Positions 26,829-41,365 of a stretch of 64,000 nt of DNA are shown here, one piece after another. Position 1 is the first letter of the stretch; every line of letters begins with the position of its first letter. Position numbers and translations under genes: made by a program. Below the pieces are notes generated by a model. The model ran no database searches. It saw only the letters and a program-made list of their open reading frames with translations, and was not told the DNA's origin. The stretch comes from the human T2T-CHM13v2.0 reference genome, Homo sapiens. The stretch lies in assembly GCF_009914755.1 (NCBI RefSeq), contig NC_060928.1; one strand, 5' to 3'.

Positions 26829-27256
26829 TGTCAGGCCTCTGAGCTTAAGCCTGCACATATACATCCAGATGGCCTGAGGCAACCGAAAACTACAAAGGAA
26901 GTGAAACAGCCAGCTCCTGTCCTAACTGATTGACCAACCTTACGACATTCCACTGTGATGTGTTCCCGCCCTGCCCCAACTGATCGATAGATCAACCTCG
27001 TGACATTCTTCTTCTGGACAATGAGTCTTAGGATCTCCCCACCATGCACCTTGTGACCCCCTCCTCTGCTGACAATAGATAACCACCTTTAACTGTAACT
27101 TTCCACTGCTTACTCCAGTCCTATAGAACTGCCTCACCCCATCTCCTTTGGCTGACTCTCTTTTCGGACTCAGCCCACTTGCACTCAAGTGAAATAATCA
27201 GTCTTGTTGTTCACACAAAGCCTGTCGGTGGTCTCTTCACACAGATGCACTTGACA
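26829..27256 (+). mobile_element. Solo HERV-H LTR (LTR7C-like)
   Basis: tgtcaggcctctgagc...tacatccagatggcctga...ggtggtctcttcacacagatgcacttgaca; perfect 5-bp TSD GTTTC. Confidence 0.92.
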
Positions 27257-27613
27257 GTTTCATATGTTTATATGCATATCATTTTATTATATTCTGTTTT
27301 TGTAACTCTCTTAAAAATTCTTAATACTATATAAAGGTTACATTTTCTTATATTTGACCTTGTGCCTTTTAACAGCTGCTTAGTATCCTTCTCCATGGAT
27401 ATACCCTAATCGGTCTACCTGTACTCCACTGATAAACACCTAGAGTGTTTCTGAGACTTTGTTGATATAAAAATTTTAGAATGAGTAAACAAAGCACCCA
27501 TGTGTATGTCCTTAGAGGTAGAATCAATGAATCAAGACAAATTCCATTGTAAAATGTAGTAGATATTGCCAGTTGTTTTTATCTGGATCAATAATGTTAG
27601 AGAGGCATGAATG

Positions 27614-28346
27614 TGTAGTGGGGAAGGAAGAGCCTCCTCTCTGCCCACTGAGGTTCACTGAAATCGTGACAATAGGTCAGTAGGAGAAAAAGGCATAGAA
27701 ATTTGTTAATCTGCACGTGGACATGAGAGTCACAGAAATATGAGACTCAAAGGCCAAATTATTGAGACTTATATATACCTTCTTCACAGGAGAGAGGGAA
27801 GTGGGATGCTATAAGAAATTTTAGAAGGGTAGTAAATGATTTTTTACAGGAAATAAATGAGCTCAAAGAACAATTTCCTTGGATAAAGTTCTTCTGAGCT
27901 CTGGGGGTGGTGGTGGAAGGTGAAGAATAGAACTTCACTGTGAACAAAGTTGTCTTATTATACAGATAAAGTCTCCCAGGTAAGGTCTCAGAGTTGCCCC
28001 CATAAGAATACATGAAAAGTCTGTCTGCACATGGTGACAACTCCCAGTCACTTCTCTTCTACAGTGGTTAATCTTTCCTGGTTAGTTGGTGAGATCCCTA
28101 GGGAGGGAGTCTTAAGAAAATTGCATTTCTTCTGGAAATAAGTTTCTCCCGTCAGATAAAAAAATTCCAGAGAGAATCCTTGCTGGTGCTTTGGGAAAGA
28201 AAGAAGATCAGAGAGATTAGGGGGTGGGGGAAGGTCAGAGAGAAACTTTGATTCTGAAGCAGCGTCTAAGGCCTTCCAGTTTTAGTTCAAAATGTTCAGT
28301 GTGTCAAAGCACCAAATTTTGGGGGTATCATTTTCTGAGCCCTAAA
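27614..28346 (-). mobile_element. ERV1 (MER4-group) LTR
   Basis: Reverse complement begins ...gggctcagaaaatgatacccccaaaatttggtgctttg, a MER39/MER34-group start; subfamily uncertain. Confidence 0.7.
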
Positions 28347-29110
28347 TACGTAAAGAATATTACATACAACATACATTCTTGGGCTAAAAGCTAGAGTGAG
28401 AACCTGGAAGAAGAGCAGAAAAATCTTTTGAATCTTCTTTAATTGATTCATTATTAATATATGTTATAAATGATAAGGCATGTTATTGTAGGTCAGCTTC
28501 AGAATACAAGCTTATAAGAAGTGACAATCTACAATAGTCATGGTGACATCTCTGAAAATGTTTGTTGTACAAGTTCACAAAGCTATCTTTGGTGGAAGAA
28601 GTAATGATCAATCCTAATTGTACTGAGGTCGAGTCCCTGGATCAGGCAGTGGTCCTACGGGAGCAGGGATTATCACAGTGAACTGTGCTCACTGATGAAT
28701 ACCTTTTAAAGATGAGATGAAACAGTAGTGCCTCTTCTACACACGCAGTGAGTCCAGCCTCACAACAGAGACAAAACTGAGCAATGTGTTTCCCAGTCCA
28801 TTATTTTCCCTGTTGTCCTGGCTTAATCCTTATGCCTTTCAGTGTAGTTTTTTTTAAAAAAAAATTATATAACAATTACTTCAGGTTACATTCATAAATA
28901 AGATATCTAAAATTGTCCAAATGGAAAATAAGAATATCTGAGAAAATCCACTCATCCTGATTTGAAAGGTAATGTTAGTTTGGATAGTTTCAGGCTAAAT
29001 AAATTAAATGAATGATAAAAACATAAATAAAATTAGCCGAGCATGGTGGCGGGCTATTTTAAATAAAATAAAATAAAAAGTTATTTTAAATAAAATAAAA
29101 TAAAAAGTGT

Positions 29111-29494
<384 letters not shown>

Positions 29495-30518
29495 TCAAGG
29501 AAATGTGGCTTATATTAGTAAAAAAAAAAAATGATGTTACAAGAGGGGTGATAAAATAGGAGGTAGGAAGGAGATAGGCAGAAATATAAATAAATCCTAA
29601 AATGGAATAAGGAGAAATCTATTATAGTAGAAAAATTAATTATGATTTTTAAATACATCCAGAACAAGAAAGGGCAGAATTGACCCTGTAAAAACTAAAT
29701 GAGTGGTATGAAGGACAAACATGATAAATTTTCTCTGAACTCAGGGGAAGAGACAAAGATGAAAATTAGTATATTTCTATGTAGAGGGAAGGCAACAGAA
29801 ATACTAACTACATACCTAATTGGTTAATTGGGTCTTCTTAAGAAACAAATTAAAAAATGGAATATTACAAATATTCAGAGACATAAGCAGTGGATCGAGG
29901 ACAGGATGTGAGAGAGAATCCTGAATATTGACTTCTATTTGCAGATCTACAAAGTTAAATAGGTGCCAGGTACAATTACAGGGGTGAGAAAAGTGTTAAA
30001 AGAAATGAAAAACAAAACAAAACAAAACAAAAACTAGACATATCTTTACCAAAACTTTTACTTCAAGAATAACAAATCTTATGAGATTCTTGGCAGAAAT
30101 AAAAGTTAAAAAGAAAGAAAAGGGTGCTACAAATGAATAAAATTAGACAATTATCAGGCAGCATCCTAATACTAAGAATGAGAAAAAATACTCAAAGCAT
30201 GAAATAGCAGGACAAAAACCAAACAGAGTCAAAACCCCAAATACCTTAACCATAGCTGAATAAAGGACAGGAATGGGCAAGTAATTAAAAAATTAGATAA
30301 AAAGAAATTCAAACACTTCAGATAAGGTCAATGCTTCAAATATGGGGCCAATTAAAATTAAAGTTTCTCTTTTTCACTACCATGTTGACTATAATTCAGT
30401 TTATATTAGTGTCAAGTGTTTTCTAAAGCTCACAAAGCAATCCTGTCATGGACCTTTGTTAGGGTCCCACAGATTAATTCACTCCTCCTTCTAAGGACTA
30501 TGCCTTGATTTTCCTTTA

Positions 30519-30862
<344 letters not shown>

Positions 30863-31572
30863 AAAATAACAGCCCACAAGATGACAGAGGTTGATTCAGA
30901 GATAGGCAGAGCCTATGTCAGACCTGTTGAGATTAATTTAAGGATTTCTTTTATAATCTCAAGGAAACTAACCATTCTGCTAGATTTCGTGTTGCCATAA
31001 TGTAAATCTGAAGCCACTGGGGTGGTTGGAGTCGGGGGTGGTGTTTACCACGAGGAGACTGAGAATTAAGCCAATAACTCAGAATAGGCAACGCTGAGTT
31101 GGATTCTGGTGGCATTGTTTCAACTCAGCATAAAGATACATCTAAAGTCAATTCTACCTCTAAAACGTTGAGCTACATGAGCCAATCAATTTTCCAATGA
31201 GTTGGTTTGTTTTTCACTGGCAAGAGAAGGGGTCTTAACCAACATGTGTACATGCCCTTAATCTCGAGTTCTAGGAATTTATTCCAAAATCTAAGACTAA
31301 TAGGTACATGTGTGTGTATGGGAGAGCAGGATGTCACCACAGAGTTAGTTTTACAATAGTAGAATGGGATTTACTAAATTACAATATAACCAGAGTGTTG
31401 AATAGGCTCTGGTGTTTTAGAATGATAACAGTATAAGGGATACAGGACTCATGATACTATCACAAGGCATCTTTTTAGATTTTTGTCCATCTATTCCAAA
31501 ACTGCCAATAGCTGAGGCAACTAGAGTCCTCTAGCCCTGCTCTGTTCAAGCTATACCTGGAGCTTGGGTAGA

Positions 31573-31964
31573 TGATATAGTTTATATATTTGCCCTGCCC
31601 TAATCTCATATTGAATTGTAATCCCTAATGCTGAAGGTAGGGCCTGGTGGGAGACGTTTGGATCATGGGGCAGATCTCTCATGGCTTGGTGCTGTATTTG
31701 TGATAGTGAGTTCTTGCAAGATCTGCCCATTTAAAAGAGTGTGGCACCTCCTCGCCCTCTGCTCCTGCTTTCATGGTGTGATTTCCCTGCTCCCACTTTG
31801 CCTACTGCCATGAGTTAAAACTCCCTGAGACCTCCTGAGAAGCTGAGGCATGTCAGCGTCACAACTGTACAGCCTGCAGAACCGTGAGCCAATTAAATCT
31901 CCTTCTTTATAAATTACCCAGTCTCAGGTATTTCTTTATATCAATGCAAGAACAACCCAGTACA
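31573..31964 (+). mobile_element. MST-type MaLR solo LTR
   Basis: tgatatagttt...aaattacccagtctcaggtatttctttata...cagtaca; perfect 5-bp TSD GTAGA. Confidence 0.9.
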
Positions 31965-32589
31965 GTAGATTAAAGCCCAACACGATGTTTTTCTTAGCCT
32001 TTCTTTATCTCTTATGAATATGTTTCTTCAGAGGCCTCTTTGGAGTGCAACACAATTGAGAGCAGGATTTGGGGTTTGAAAGAAGACATTTATTTATTCT
32101 ATTTTTCTATTCTCAGTAGTAATCTCTCACGAATAGCTTTAATATTTTTGTTTTATTCACTTGTTTTATATTTTTCCCAATGAATATGTTTAACTTTTAC
32201 AATAAAAATCTTATTAAATAAGGAAAAGTCAGAGAAATGCAATGAAACCAAAGATAATGTATTTGTAAGGAGACTCCCAAAGAGAAAAATCTAACAAGAC
32301 TCTGAAGAAAGACTGAGATGTACAAATCAGAAGTGTATGTTGCAGGGGGGATGAAGGTTCAAGGATCAGTTATCTTTCAACTAAGTGTATATTCAGAATG
32401 AAAACTGGCCAAAGTAGAGGCCAGAGTGTTTTAAGAAGGGGAGAAACAGAGCAGTTTGGAGGTCTGAGTAAAAGATTTGTAACAGCTGGCATTTTAAACT
32501 TAAGAATGGAACATTAATAAAGGGAAACAAAGGGTTGCTAGGAGGGCCCAGTAGAAGTTGGATAGTAAGCAGTTTTAAGATATCAAAAC

Positions 32590-33025
32590 CACAAAATGTA
32601 ACATGCTGGTGAGGATGGAGAGGAAAAAGAACTCATACACTGTTGACAGGAATGTAAATTAGTGCAGCCATTATGGAAAACAGTATGGAGATTTCTCAAA
32701 AAACTAAAAGTAGAACTACCATACGATCCGGCAGTCTCACTACTTGGTATTTACCCAAAGATGAGGAAATCAGAATATCAGGTTCACTGCAGCACTATTC
32801 ACAACAGCAAAGATAGGGAATCAACCTAAGTGTCCATCAATGGATGAATGAATAAAGAAAATGTGGGGTGTTGTGTGTGTGTGTGTGTGTGTGTATATAC
32901 ACACATATGTGTATAATATATATACACATACTACATTTTCTATTATATAATTATATGTTATATATAAATATATATAGTATATAAATATATAGATAGTATA
33001 TATATATAATTCATTGTGTGTATAT

Positions 33026-33058
<33 letters not shown>

Positions 33059-33566
33059 ATGGAATAGTATTTGGCCTTAAAAGGAATGAAATCCTGTCAT
33101 TTGCAGCAACATGGATGGAAGTCATTCTGTTAAGTAAGCTGGACACAGAAACAGATGTCACATGTCCTCCATCATATGTGGGAGTTAAAAAATTTGGTCT
33201 CATGGAGGTGGAGAGTAGAATGATGGTTACTAGAGGCTGGGAAGGGTGCATTTATGGAACAGGAAGTTGAGGATGAAGAGAGGTAGGTTAATTAGTACAA
33301 ACATACAGTTAGATAGAAGGAATAAATTCTAACGTTTAATAATACAGTAGGGAGACTATAGCTAAAAACAGTGTATATTTCAAAATAGCTAGAAGAGAGA
33401 ATTTGAAATGTTAGCAACACAAGTAGTTATAAATGTTTAAGGTGATAAATATCCTAAATATCCTGACTTGATCATTACACATTCTATGCATGCATCAAAA
33501 TATCACATGTATCCCATAAATATGTACAAATATTAAGTATCAATTTAAAAATAAAAAATAAATAAA
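32590..33566 (+). mobile_element. L1MA-type 3' end with internal (TG)/(TA)/(CA) microsatellite (32872-33058)
   Basis: ORF2 C-terminal remnant (EILSFAATWME) and L1MA 3' UTR ending cccataaatatgtacaaatatt plus A-rich tail. Confidence 0.9.
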
Positions 33567-34073
33567 TCTAGTTCCCTGGGCTGCCTCATATTAATCTTCC
33601 CCAACCTGATCATTTAAAAGCACATAACCTCTTAGCTAAACCAACTTTTACTTTTTACAATTAAACAGGGATAAAATTCATAAGTGTGTCAGGAATTCTT
33701 TCCCTGCTAAGAAAAACTTTAACCTTGACAGAACATCAAAATTGGTTTCGTGAAGTTGAATTAATGCAGGTCAAGTGGATTTGAGATCTCTCAGTGAAAA
33801 GAATAAAATAGCCAAGTGGAAACTATTCTTTTCCTGATTCTTTGAGAGTCCTGAGTCTGCTAAAAAATAAAAAATAAAAATAACATAATTGCAGCTACTA
33901 AATAGCAGGTTTAAAGTGGATTATTCTTCATGGTTATCAATATTTATCAATTACAAAACAAAAAGTTACATATTCTGAAAATTTACGGTGTGTTTTTAAT
34001 GCACTTCACTAAATTGGCAAAGGAAAAATTATTTATTGTCTTAGTTGTTTTTGTCACTTTAAAATTATTATCA

Positions 34074-34367
34074 GGTCCAGTGACATGGTTTGTGCTGTAA
34101 TCCCAGCTCTTTGGAAGGCCAAGGCAGGTGGATCACTCAAGGCCAGGAGCTGGAGACCAGCCCAGCCTGGGCAACATGATGAAAGCTTGTCTCTACAAAA
34201 AAATAGAAAAATTAGCCAGGTGTGGTGGTGCATGCCTGTAGTCCGAGCTACTCTGGAGGCTGAGGTGGGAGATGGCTTGAGCCCCAGAGATGGAGGTGGC
34301 AGAGCCAACCTGGGCAACAGAGCCAGACCCTGTCTCAAAAACAAACAAACAAAATACTAAAAAAAAA
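34074..34367 (+). mobile_element. Alu SINE (old, AluJ-like)
   Basis: Diverged dimer with internal deletion and A-rich tail. Confidence 0.9.
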
Positions 34368-35011
34368 ATTTGTTTGAAGGTCTTTGCATAAAGGCTATGG
34401 TGTTACAGTTTTTCTGCCTTTTAGCGAATTGCAGCAAAGCCTTGTTGGCATAGGAAACAGCAATATCATAAAAAATGAGCTGACATAGTGACTATAGGCT
34501 AACCAACATTTTGTTTGCATTCTTGTAGCAGTTTTTTCCCTCAGCTAATTCATTATTATGTAATGGAAGAACATGGAAAAATAAAATAAGAATTATTTAA
34601 GCTCAAAGATGTGAACATTTTTTTAGACAAGTTTATTGCTAGTTTCAGACAAAGAGAATGAGCCCTTAAAATGAAATTGTATTAAGATTTCATAAATTTA
34701 GGGGATCAAATCTCATGAGAAAAATGGTAGTTTTTAGGATTAGTTTAAGCAAAAAAAAAATTGATTTACTATAAGTATAAGATGGTACCTGTGACCATGA
34801 GACTTTGAGTTCCATCGGCAAGTCTGTGAACAATTAGTCTAATATATTTGTTTTTCCTATGACTTTTTTAGTTTTTTTTTTAATTGAGATAAAATTTACT
34901 TATTTAGCCACTTTTAAAGTGAACAATTCTGTGATATTTAGTATATTTAGAATGTTGCGTGAACACCATCTCTTTACACTTCCGAAAGATTTTCATCATC
35001 CGAAAGGGATC

Positions 35012-35410
35012 TATTAAAAGAAAAACCTTGGACAAATTAAATTTAAAAGATTTTAATTGAGCAAAGAATAATTAGCAAATCAGCCAGCCTCCCTGAACCA
35101 GAATAGATACAGAGAGTCTTCAGCACTGCCTCATGGTCAAAGAAGATTTATGGGTAGAAAAAGAAAAGCGACTTTTAGAAATTGGAAGTGAGGTAGAGAA
35201 AGAACCAATTGGTTAAATTTGGCATTTGCCTCATTTGAACATGGTTTGAATCATTGGCCACCTGTGAGTGGCTGAAACTCCATGATTGTCAGAGTGGGGT
35301 ACAGTCTGTTTACATATCCTGTTTGGTTAGAGTTCAGTATGTATGAAGAAGCCTGTAGGCTGAACTTAAAATATGTAAGGAAGCAGCTTTAGTGTAAACT
35401 GAATGTAACA
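35012..35410 (-). mobile_element. MER57-type solo LTR
   Basis: Antisense aacttaaaatatgtaaggaagcagcttt and ttgcctcatttgaacatggtttgaa; similar to the copy at 50825. Confidence 0.82.
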
Positions 35411-35494
35411 GTTCCCATACCCTTTAAGCAGTTACTCCCCATTCCCCTATCCTAGAATGCTCTCACCCCACCACTAAAATCTACATTCTTTCTC

Positions 35495-35763
35495 TTGTTT
35501 TTTTTTTTTTTTTTTTTTGACAGAGTTTTACTCTGTGGCCCAGGCTGGAGGGCAGTGGCACCATCTTGGCTCACTGCAACCTCTGCCTCCTGGGCTCAAG
35601 AAGTCTCAGCCTCCCGAGTAGCTGGGATTACATGTGCACACGACCATGTCCAGCTAATTCTTGTATTTTTAATGGAGATGGGACTTCACCATGTTGACCA
35701 GGCTGATCTCGAATTCCTGATCTCAAGTGCTGGGATTACAGGCGTGAGACACCGTGCCTGGCC
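35495..35763 (-). mobile_element. Alu SINE with internal deletions
   Basis: Poly-T plus antisense dimer; TSD tacattcttt. Confidence 0.95.
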
Positions 35764-35985
35764 TACATTCTTTTTATGAATTTTTCTTCCTAGATATATT
35801 TTGCATAAATTGAATCATACAATATGTAACGTTTTGTGTCTGGCTTCTTTTACTTAGCATAAGGTAAGTTTCATCCACATTGTAGCATGATTTGTACTTC
35901 ATTCCTTTCTATGACTGAATGGTATTGTGTTGTTTGCATAAACTGCAAGTTGTTTATCCATAATCCATTGATTAGCGTTTGGGTG

Positions 35986-36240
35986 TGTCTTGGTCTATTC
36001 ATGCTGATATAACAAAATACCTTAAACTAGATATATATAAATGACAGAAATTTATTGCTCACAATTGTGGAGGCTGGGAAGTCCAGGATCAAGGCTCTAG
36101 AAAATTTCATGCCCTAGAATTTGCTAGAGCCTTGATCCTGGCTCTAGGGAGGGCTGTTGTCTCTTTGCTTCCATGATGGCACCTTATTGCTATGTGCTCA
36201 CATGGCAGAAAGCAGGGGGTAAAAAGGGATGGATGCTGTG
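35986..36240 (-). mobile_element. MaLR LTR fragment (MST/MLT1A-type)
   Basis: tgtcttggtctattcatgctgatataacaaaatacc...aatttattgctcac...ggaggctgggaagtcc. Confidence 0.75.
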
Positions 36241-36612
36241 TAAAGCCTTACATTTATTATTGAATCAGCAGTCTACAGCCAAACTGAGAAATTGCTGTAT
36301 AAAGCTTTGGTTAAGAGTTTGTAGATTTGTTTTCTTTTGCTTTCAATTTATATTTTTCTATGACAAAGATTTCTAATTGACAACCCATAATTAATACAGG
36401 GCCTACATAAATATTTTGTTTGATACCAACTGTCATGAGGTAACAGCCACCCCATTTTGCATTTTGCCTCATAAGGCTTACATTTACTTATTCACCACAA
36501 ACCTAAACACTCAATATTTCTTACATCAATTTTTGTGAGGCTTTTCTAAGCATTGCAACTGAAAAATTCTAACACATTAACTCTGTTTTTCTGTATTTCC
36601 AGCATGTCTCTA

Positions 36613-36900
36613 TTTTTTTTTATATGGAGTCTCACTGTGTTGTCCAAGCTGGAGTGCAGTGGTGCGATCTCCGCTCACTGCAACCTCTGCCTCCAGGTTC
36701 AAGCAATTCTGTGCCTCAACCTCCAGAGTAGCTGGGATTACAGGCATCCGCCACCATGCCTGGATAATTTTTGTATTTTTAGTAGAGATGGGGTTTCACC
36801 ATCTTGGCCAGGCTAGTCTTGAAGTACTGACCTCAGGTGACCTGCCCACCTCGGCCTCCCAAAGTGCTGGGATTACAGGCATGAGCCACAGTGCCCGGCC
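36613..36900 (-). mobile_element. Alu SINE (AluS-type)
   Basis: Full antisense dimer; TSD catgtctctattttt. Confidence 0.97.
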
Positions 36901-37084
36901 ACATGTCTCTATTTTTATACACAAGACTTTTATACTTGTAATTATAGGATAACCACAGTTTTGTATGTTTTTCCACTTAATATTGATTAAAAATATATTA
37001 AAAATTTTATGTCTATATCATAATCCACCAAAACACTTTGTCATTCCCGTTATCAATTTTTTCTTATAAAAATGAAAGTTTCTA

Positions 37085-37394
37085 TTTCTTTCTTTCTTTC
37101 TTTCTTTTTTTGAGATGGAGTCTCACTCTGTCGCCCAGGCTGGAGTGCAGTGGTGCGATCTCGGCTCACTGCAGCCTCCAGCTCCCGGATTCTAGGGATC
37201 CTCCTGCCTCAGTCTCCTAAGTAGCTGGGATTACAAGCATGCAACATCACGCCTGGCTAATTTTTGTATTTTTAGTAGAGACGGGGTTTCACCATGTTGG
37301 CCAGGCTGGTCTCAAATTCCTGACCTCAGATGATCCACCCATCTCAGCCTCCCAAAATGCTGGGATTACAGGCGTGAGCCACGGTGCCCTTGCC
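37085..37394 (-). mobile_element. Alu SINE (AluS-type)
   Basis: (TTTC)n tail plus antisense dimer. Confidence 0.96.
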
Positions 37395-37779
37395 TTCTTT
37401 CCTGTGATGATGATGATGATGATGATGATAGAATTTATTATTTTAGAGCAGCATTATATTCACCCCAAAATTGTTAGGAAATTACAGAGGTTTCCCATAT
37501 GCCTTCTGCCCTTACATCCATAGCCTCCTCCATTATCAACATCCTCTACCAGAGTGGTACATCTGTTACAATTCATAAACCTATATTAACACATCATAAT
37601 GACTACATACCCAAAGCGCATCTTTTCCATCAGGGTTCCCTTTGGGTGTTGCACAGTGTTTTCACTGCCCTGAGAAACTTCTGTGCCCCACCTGTTAATC
37701 CTTTGGCCACATCAACCGCTGGCAACCACTGGTCATTTAACTGTCTTTATAATTTTGTCTTTTCCATAATGCCATAAAC

Positions 37780-38211
37780 CGCTGATTCTTGAACAGCACA
37801 AGTTTGAACCGTATGGGTCCACTTATGTGCAGATTGTCTTCTACCTCTGCACTCCTGAGACAGCAAGACTGAGTCCTCCTCTTCCTCTTCTTCCTCAGCC
37901 TACTCAATGTGAAGACAACAAAGTTAAAGAACTTTATGATGATCCACTTCCATTTAATGAATATTAAATATATTTCCTTATAATTTTCTTAATAATATTT
38001 TATTTTCTCCAGCTTACTTTATTGTAAGAATACAGTACATAGCATATATAACATACAAAATATATAACCTACTATTTATGCTATTGGTAAGACATCTGGT
38101 CAACAGTAGGCCCTTACTACTTAAGTTTTTGAGGAGTGAAAAACTATATGCAGATTTTCAACTTGAAGAGAGGTTGGTGCCTTTAATCCCATGTTGCTCA
38201 AAAGTCACCTG
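37780..38211 (+). mobile_element. Tigger2a (MER28) DNA transposon
   Basis: cttgaacagcacaagtttgaaccg...cctcagcctactcaatgtgaagac...gatgatccacttccattta; terminal gctcaaaagtcacctg. Confidence 0.85.
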
Positions 38212-38751
38212 TCGTTGAACTTGTACAGTACATAGCCTTTTAATATTGGCTTCCTTCACTTAGTCATATGTATTTAAATTTTCTCCATGTCTTTTCAAGA
38301 CTTGATGGTTAATTTCCTTTTAGCACTGAATAATACTGCATTGCCTGGATGCACCACAGTTTATTTATACATTCACCTACTGAAGGACACCTTGATTGCT
38401 TCAAAGTTTTTGGCAATTATGAATGAAGCTGCAGTAAACATCCATGTGTAGGTTGTTTTGTGGACATAAGTTTTAAACTCTTTCAGGTCAGATACCAAGG
38501 AACACAATTGCTAGATCATATGGCAGAGTATGTTTAGTTTTGTAACAAATTTCCAAACTGTCTTTCTAAAGTGGCTGTACTACTTTGCATTCCCACCAGC
38601 AACGGAAGAGAGTTCCTGTTGCTTCACAAACTTCCCAGAATAGATATTGTCGGGGTGCTAGAATTTGGTCATTCTAATAAATATGTAATGTTAGGTCGTT
38701 GATGTTTTAATCTGCATTTATCTCATGATACAGAATGCAGAGAATCTTCAC

Positions 38752-39000
38752 TTTTTTTTTTTTTTAAATACAATCTCACTTTATCACCCAGGCTGGAGTG
38801 CAGTGGTGCGATTCTCCTGCCTCAGTCTCTCAAGTAGCTGGGATTATAGGTGCCCGCCACCACACCCGGCTAATTTTTGTATTTTTAGTAGAGATGCGGT
38901 TTCACCATTTTGGCCAGGCTGGTCTCGAACTCCTGACATCAAGTGATCCTCCCATCTTAGCCTCCCAAAGTGCTGAGGTTACAGGCATGAGCCACCACGC
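38752..39000 (-). mobile_element. Alu SINE with internal deletion
   Basis: Poly-T plus antisense Alu motifs. Confidence 0.94.
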
Positions 39001-40083
39001 TTTTTATATACTTATTTGCCATCTATAGAACTTCTTTGGTGAGGTGTCTGTTAATGTCATGGGCTCGTTTTTTAATTGGGTTTTTTTTTTTATTGTTGAC
39101 TTTAGCAAGTTCAATTTCTTTTTGATAAGTCCATTATCAGATATGTCTTTTGCAAACATTTTCTCCCAGTCTGCGGCTTATGTCTTCATTCTCTTGACAT
39201 TGTCTTTTGCTGAGCAGAAGTTTTTAATTTTAATGAAATCCAATTTATTGAGTATTTTTTCCACAGATGGTGCCTTTAATGTTTTATCCAAAAAAGCAAT
39301 CCCTGTACACAAAGTTACCAAGGTTTTCTCATGAAATCTTGTAGGGATTTTATAGTTTTGCATTTTGCATTTGTGTCTATAATCTATTTTGAGTTAATTT
39401 TTGTGAAGGATGTAACATCTGTCTCTATATTCATTTGCCTACATGTGAATCTCCAGTTTTTCCAGTACCATCTGTTGAAAAAAACATCTTTGATCCATTG
39501 TGTTGTCTTTATTCTTTTGTCAAAGACCAGTTGACTATGTTTTTGTGGGTCTGTTACTTGGCTCTCTATTCTATTTCATTGATCTCTTTCTCTATTCTTT
39601 TGTCAATATTGCACTGTCTTAATTACTGTCACTTTAGAGTAAGTCTTGAGGTTGGATAGTGTCAGTCCTCCATATGTTTCTCTTTCAATATTGTGTTGGC
39701 TATTCTGAATAGAATCAGTTTGTCAATATTAAAAAAACTTTCTGGGATCTTGATTAGGATTGCATTGAATCTATAGATCAAGTTGGGCAGAACTGATGTT
39801 TTGACATTATTGAGTCTTCCTCTCAATGAAAAAGAAATATCTCTCCATTTTTTTAATGCTTCTTTGTTATCTTTCATTAGAATTTTGTAGTTTTCCTTAT
39901 ATAGATCTTGTACATATTTTATAAGATTTATACCTAAAAGTATTTCATTTGGGGGAATGCTAATGTAAATGGAATTGTATTTTTAATTTTAAATTCCATT
40001 TGTTCATTACTAAGATATAGGAAAATGATTGACTTTATTCTTGCCATAATTGTTTATTCGTTCCAGGAGCTTGTTGTTGTTGA

Positions 40084-40471
<388 letters not shown>

Positions 40472-40844
40472 CCTGTTTTTTTTTAATTGTATAAGTTAGA
40501 ACACACACTATGATGTTGAAAAGGAGAGATGAGAGGAGACATCCTACCTTGCTCTTGATTTTAGTTGAAAAGCTTCTAGTTATCACCATTAGTTGTAGTG
40601 TTAGTTGTAGGTTTTTTGTAGATGTTCTTTATCAGTTGAGAAAGTTCCTCTCTATTTCTAGTTTGTTGAGAGTTTTCATCATAAATGGGTGTTGAATTTT
40701 TGTCACATGATTTTCTGCGTCTATTGATATGATCATGTGATTTTTTAAATCCTGCTGATGGGATGGATTATATGAATTTATTTTAAAATATTGAACAAGT
40801 CATCCTGCACAGGTGGAATATATCCCACTTTGTTGAGGTATACT

Positions 40845-41365
40845 TACATGCATATATATATGTCTTGATTATACAGCAATGTATGACTATGTATATATTT
40901 ATACATTTATATATTTATAAATTATATATTTATGTATGTGTACATATTTACTTATCTGTAAATATGTATACATTTTTACTTATCTGTAAATATGTATACA
41001 TTTTTATGCATACATAAAAATGTAGTGCTTTTATGCATACATAAATATGTATACATAAAAAATTTATGCAATATATATATACTTCATAGTATATATACTT
41101 TATATTATATATAATACTACATACTGTACCATAAATGGTATATAGCATATATACACTATAAAGCATGTATTTACTATAGTATATATACTATTTATATGGT
41201 ATATATAAATATATAGTATATATTATACATATACACTTTATAGTATATATATATCATAGTGTATATACTATTTATATAGTGTATATAAGTGTATATACTA
41301 TTTAATTATATATACTATATAAGTATACATTCTTACATATGTATATGTAATATATATATTTATAC
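40845..41365. repeat. TA-rich low-complexity tract (~520 bp)
   Basis: Degenerate (TA)n with local duplications (tacttatctgtaaatatgtatacattt twice). Confidence 0.9.

Larger units (their letters stand above)
34872..35985 (-). mobile_element. Old L1M 3' end, interrupted by MER57 and Alu
   Basis: T-tail, aattgagataaaattt..., resumes gaatcatacaatatgtaacgttttgtgtctggcttctttt. Confidence 0.7.

Noticed and set aside
32872-33058. (TG)n...(CA)n fold-back
   Set aside because: Common microsatellite expansion at a known TA-rich position of L1 3' ends.
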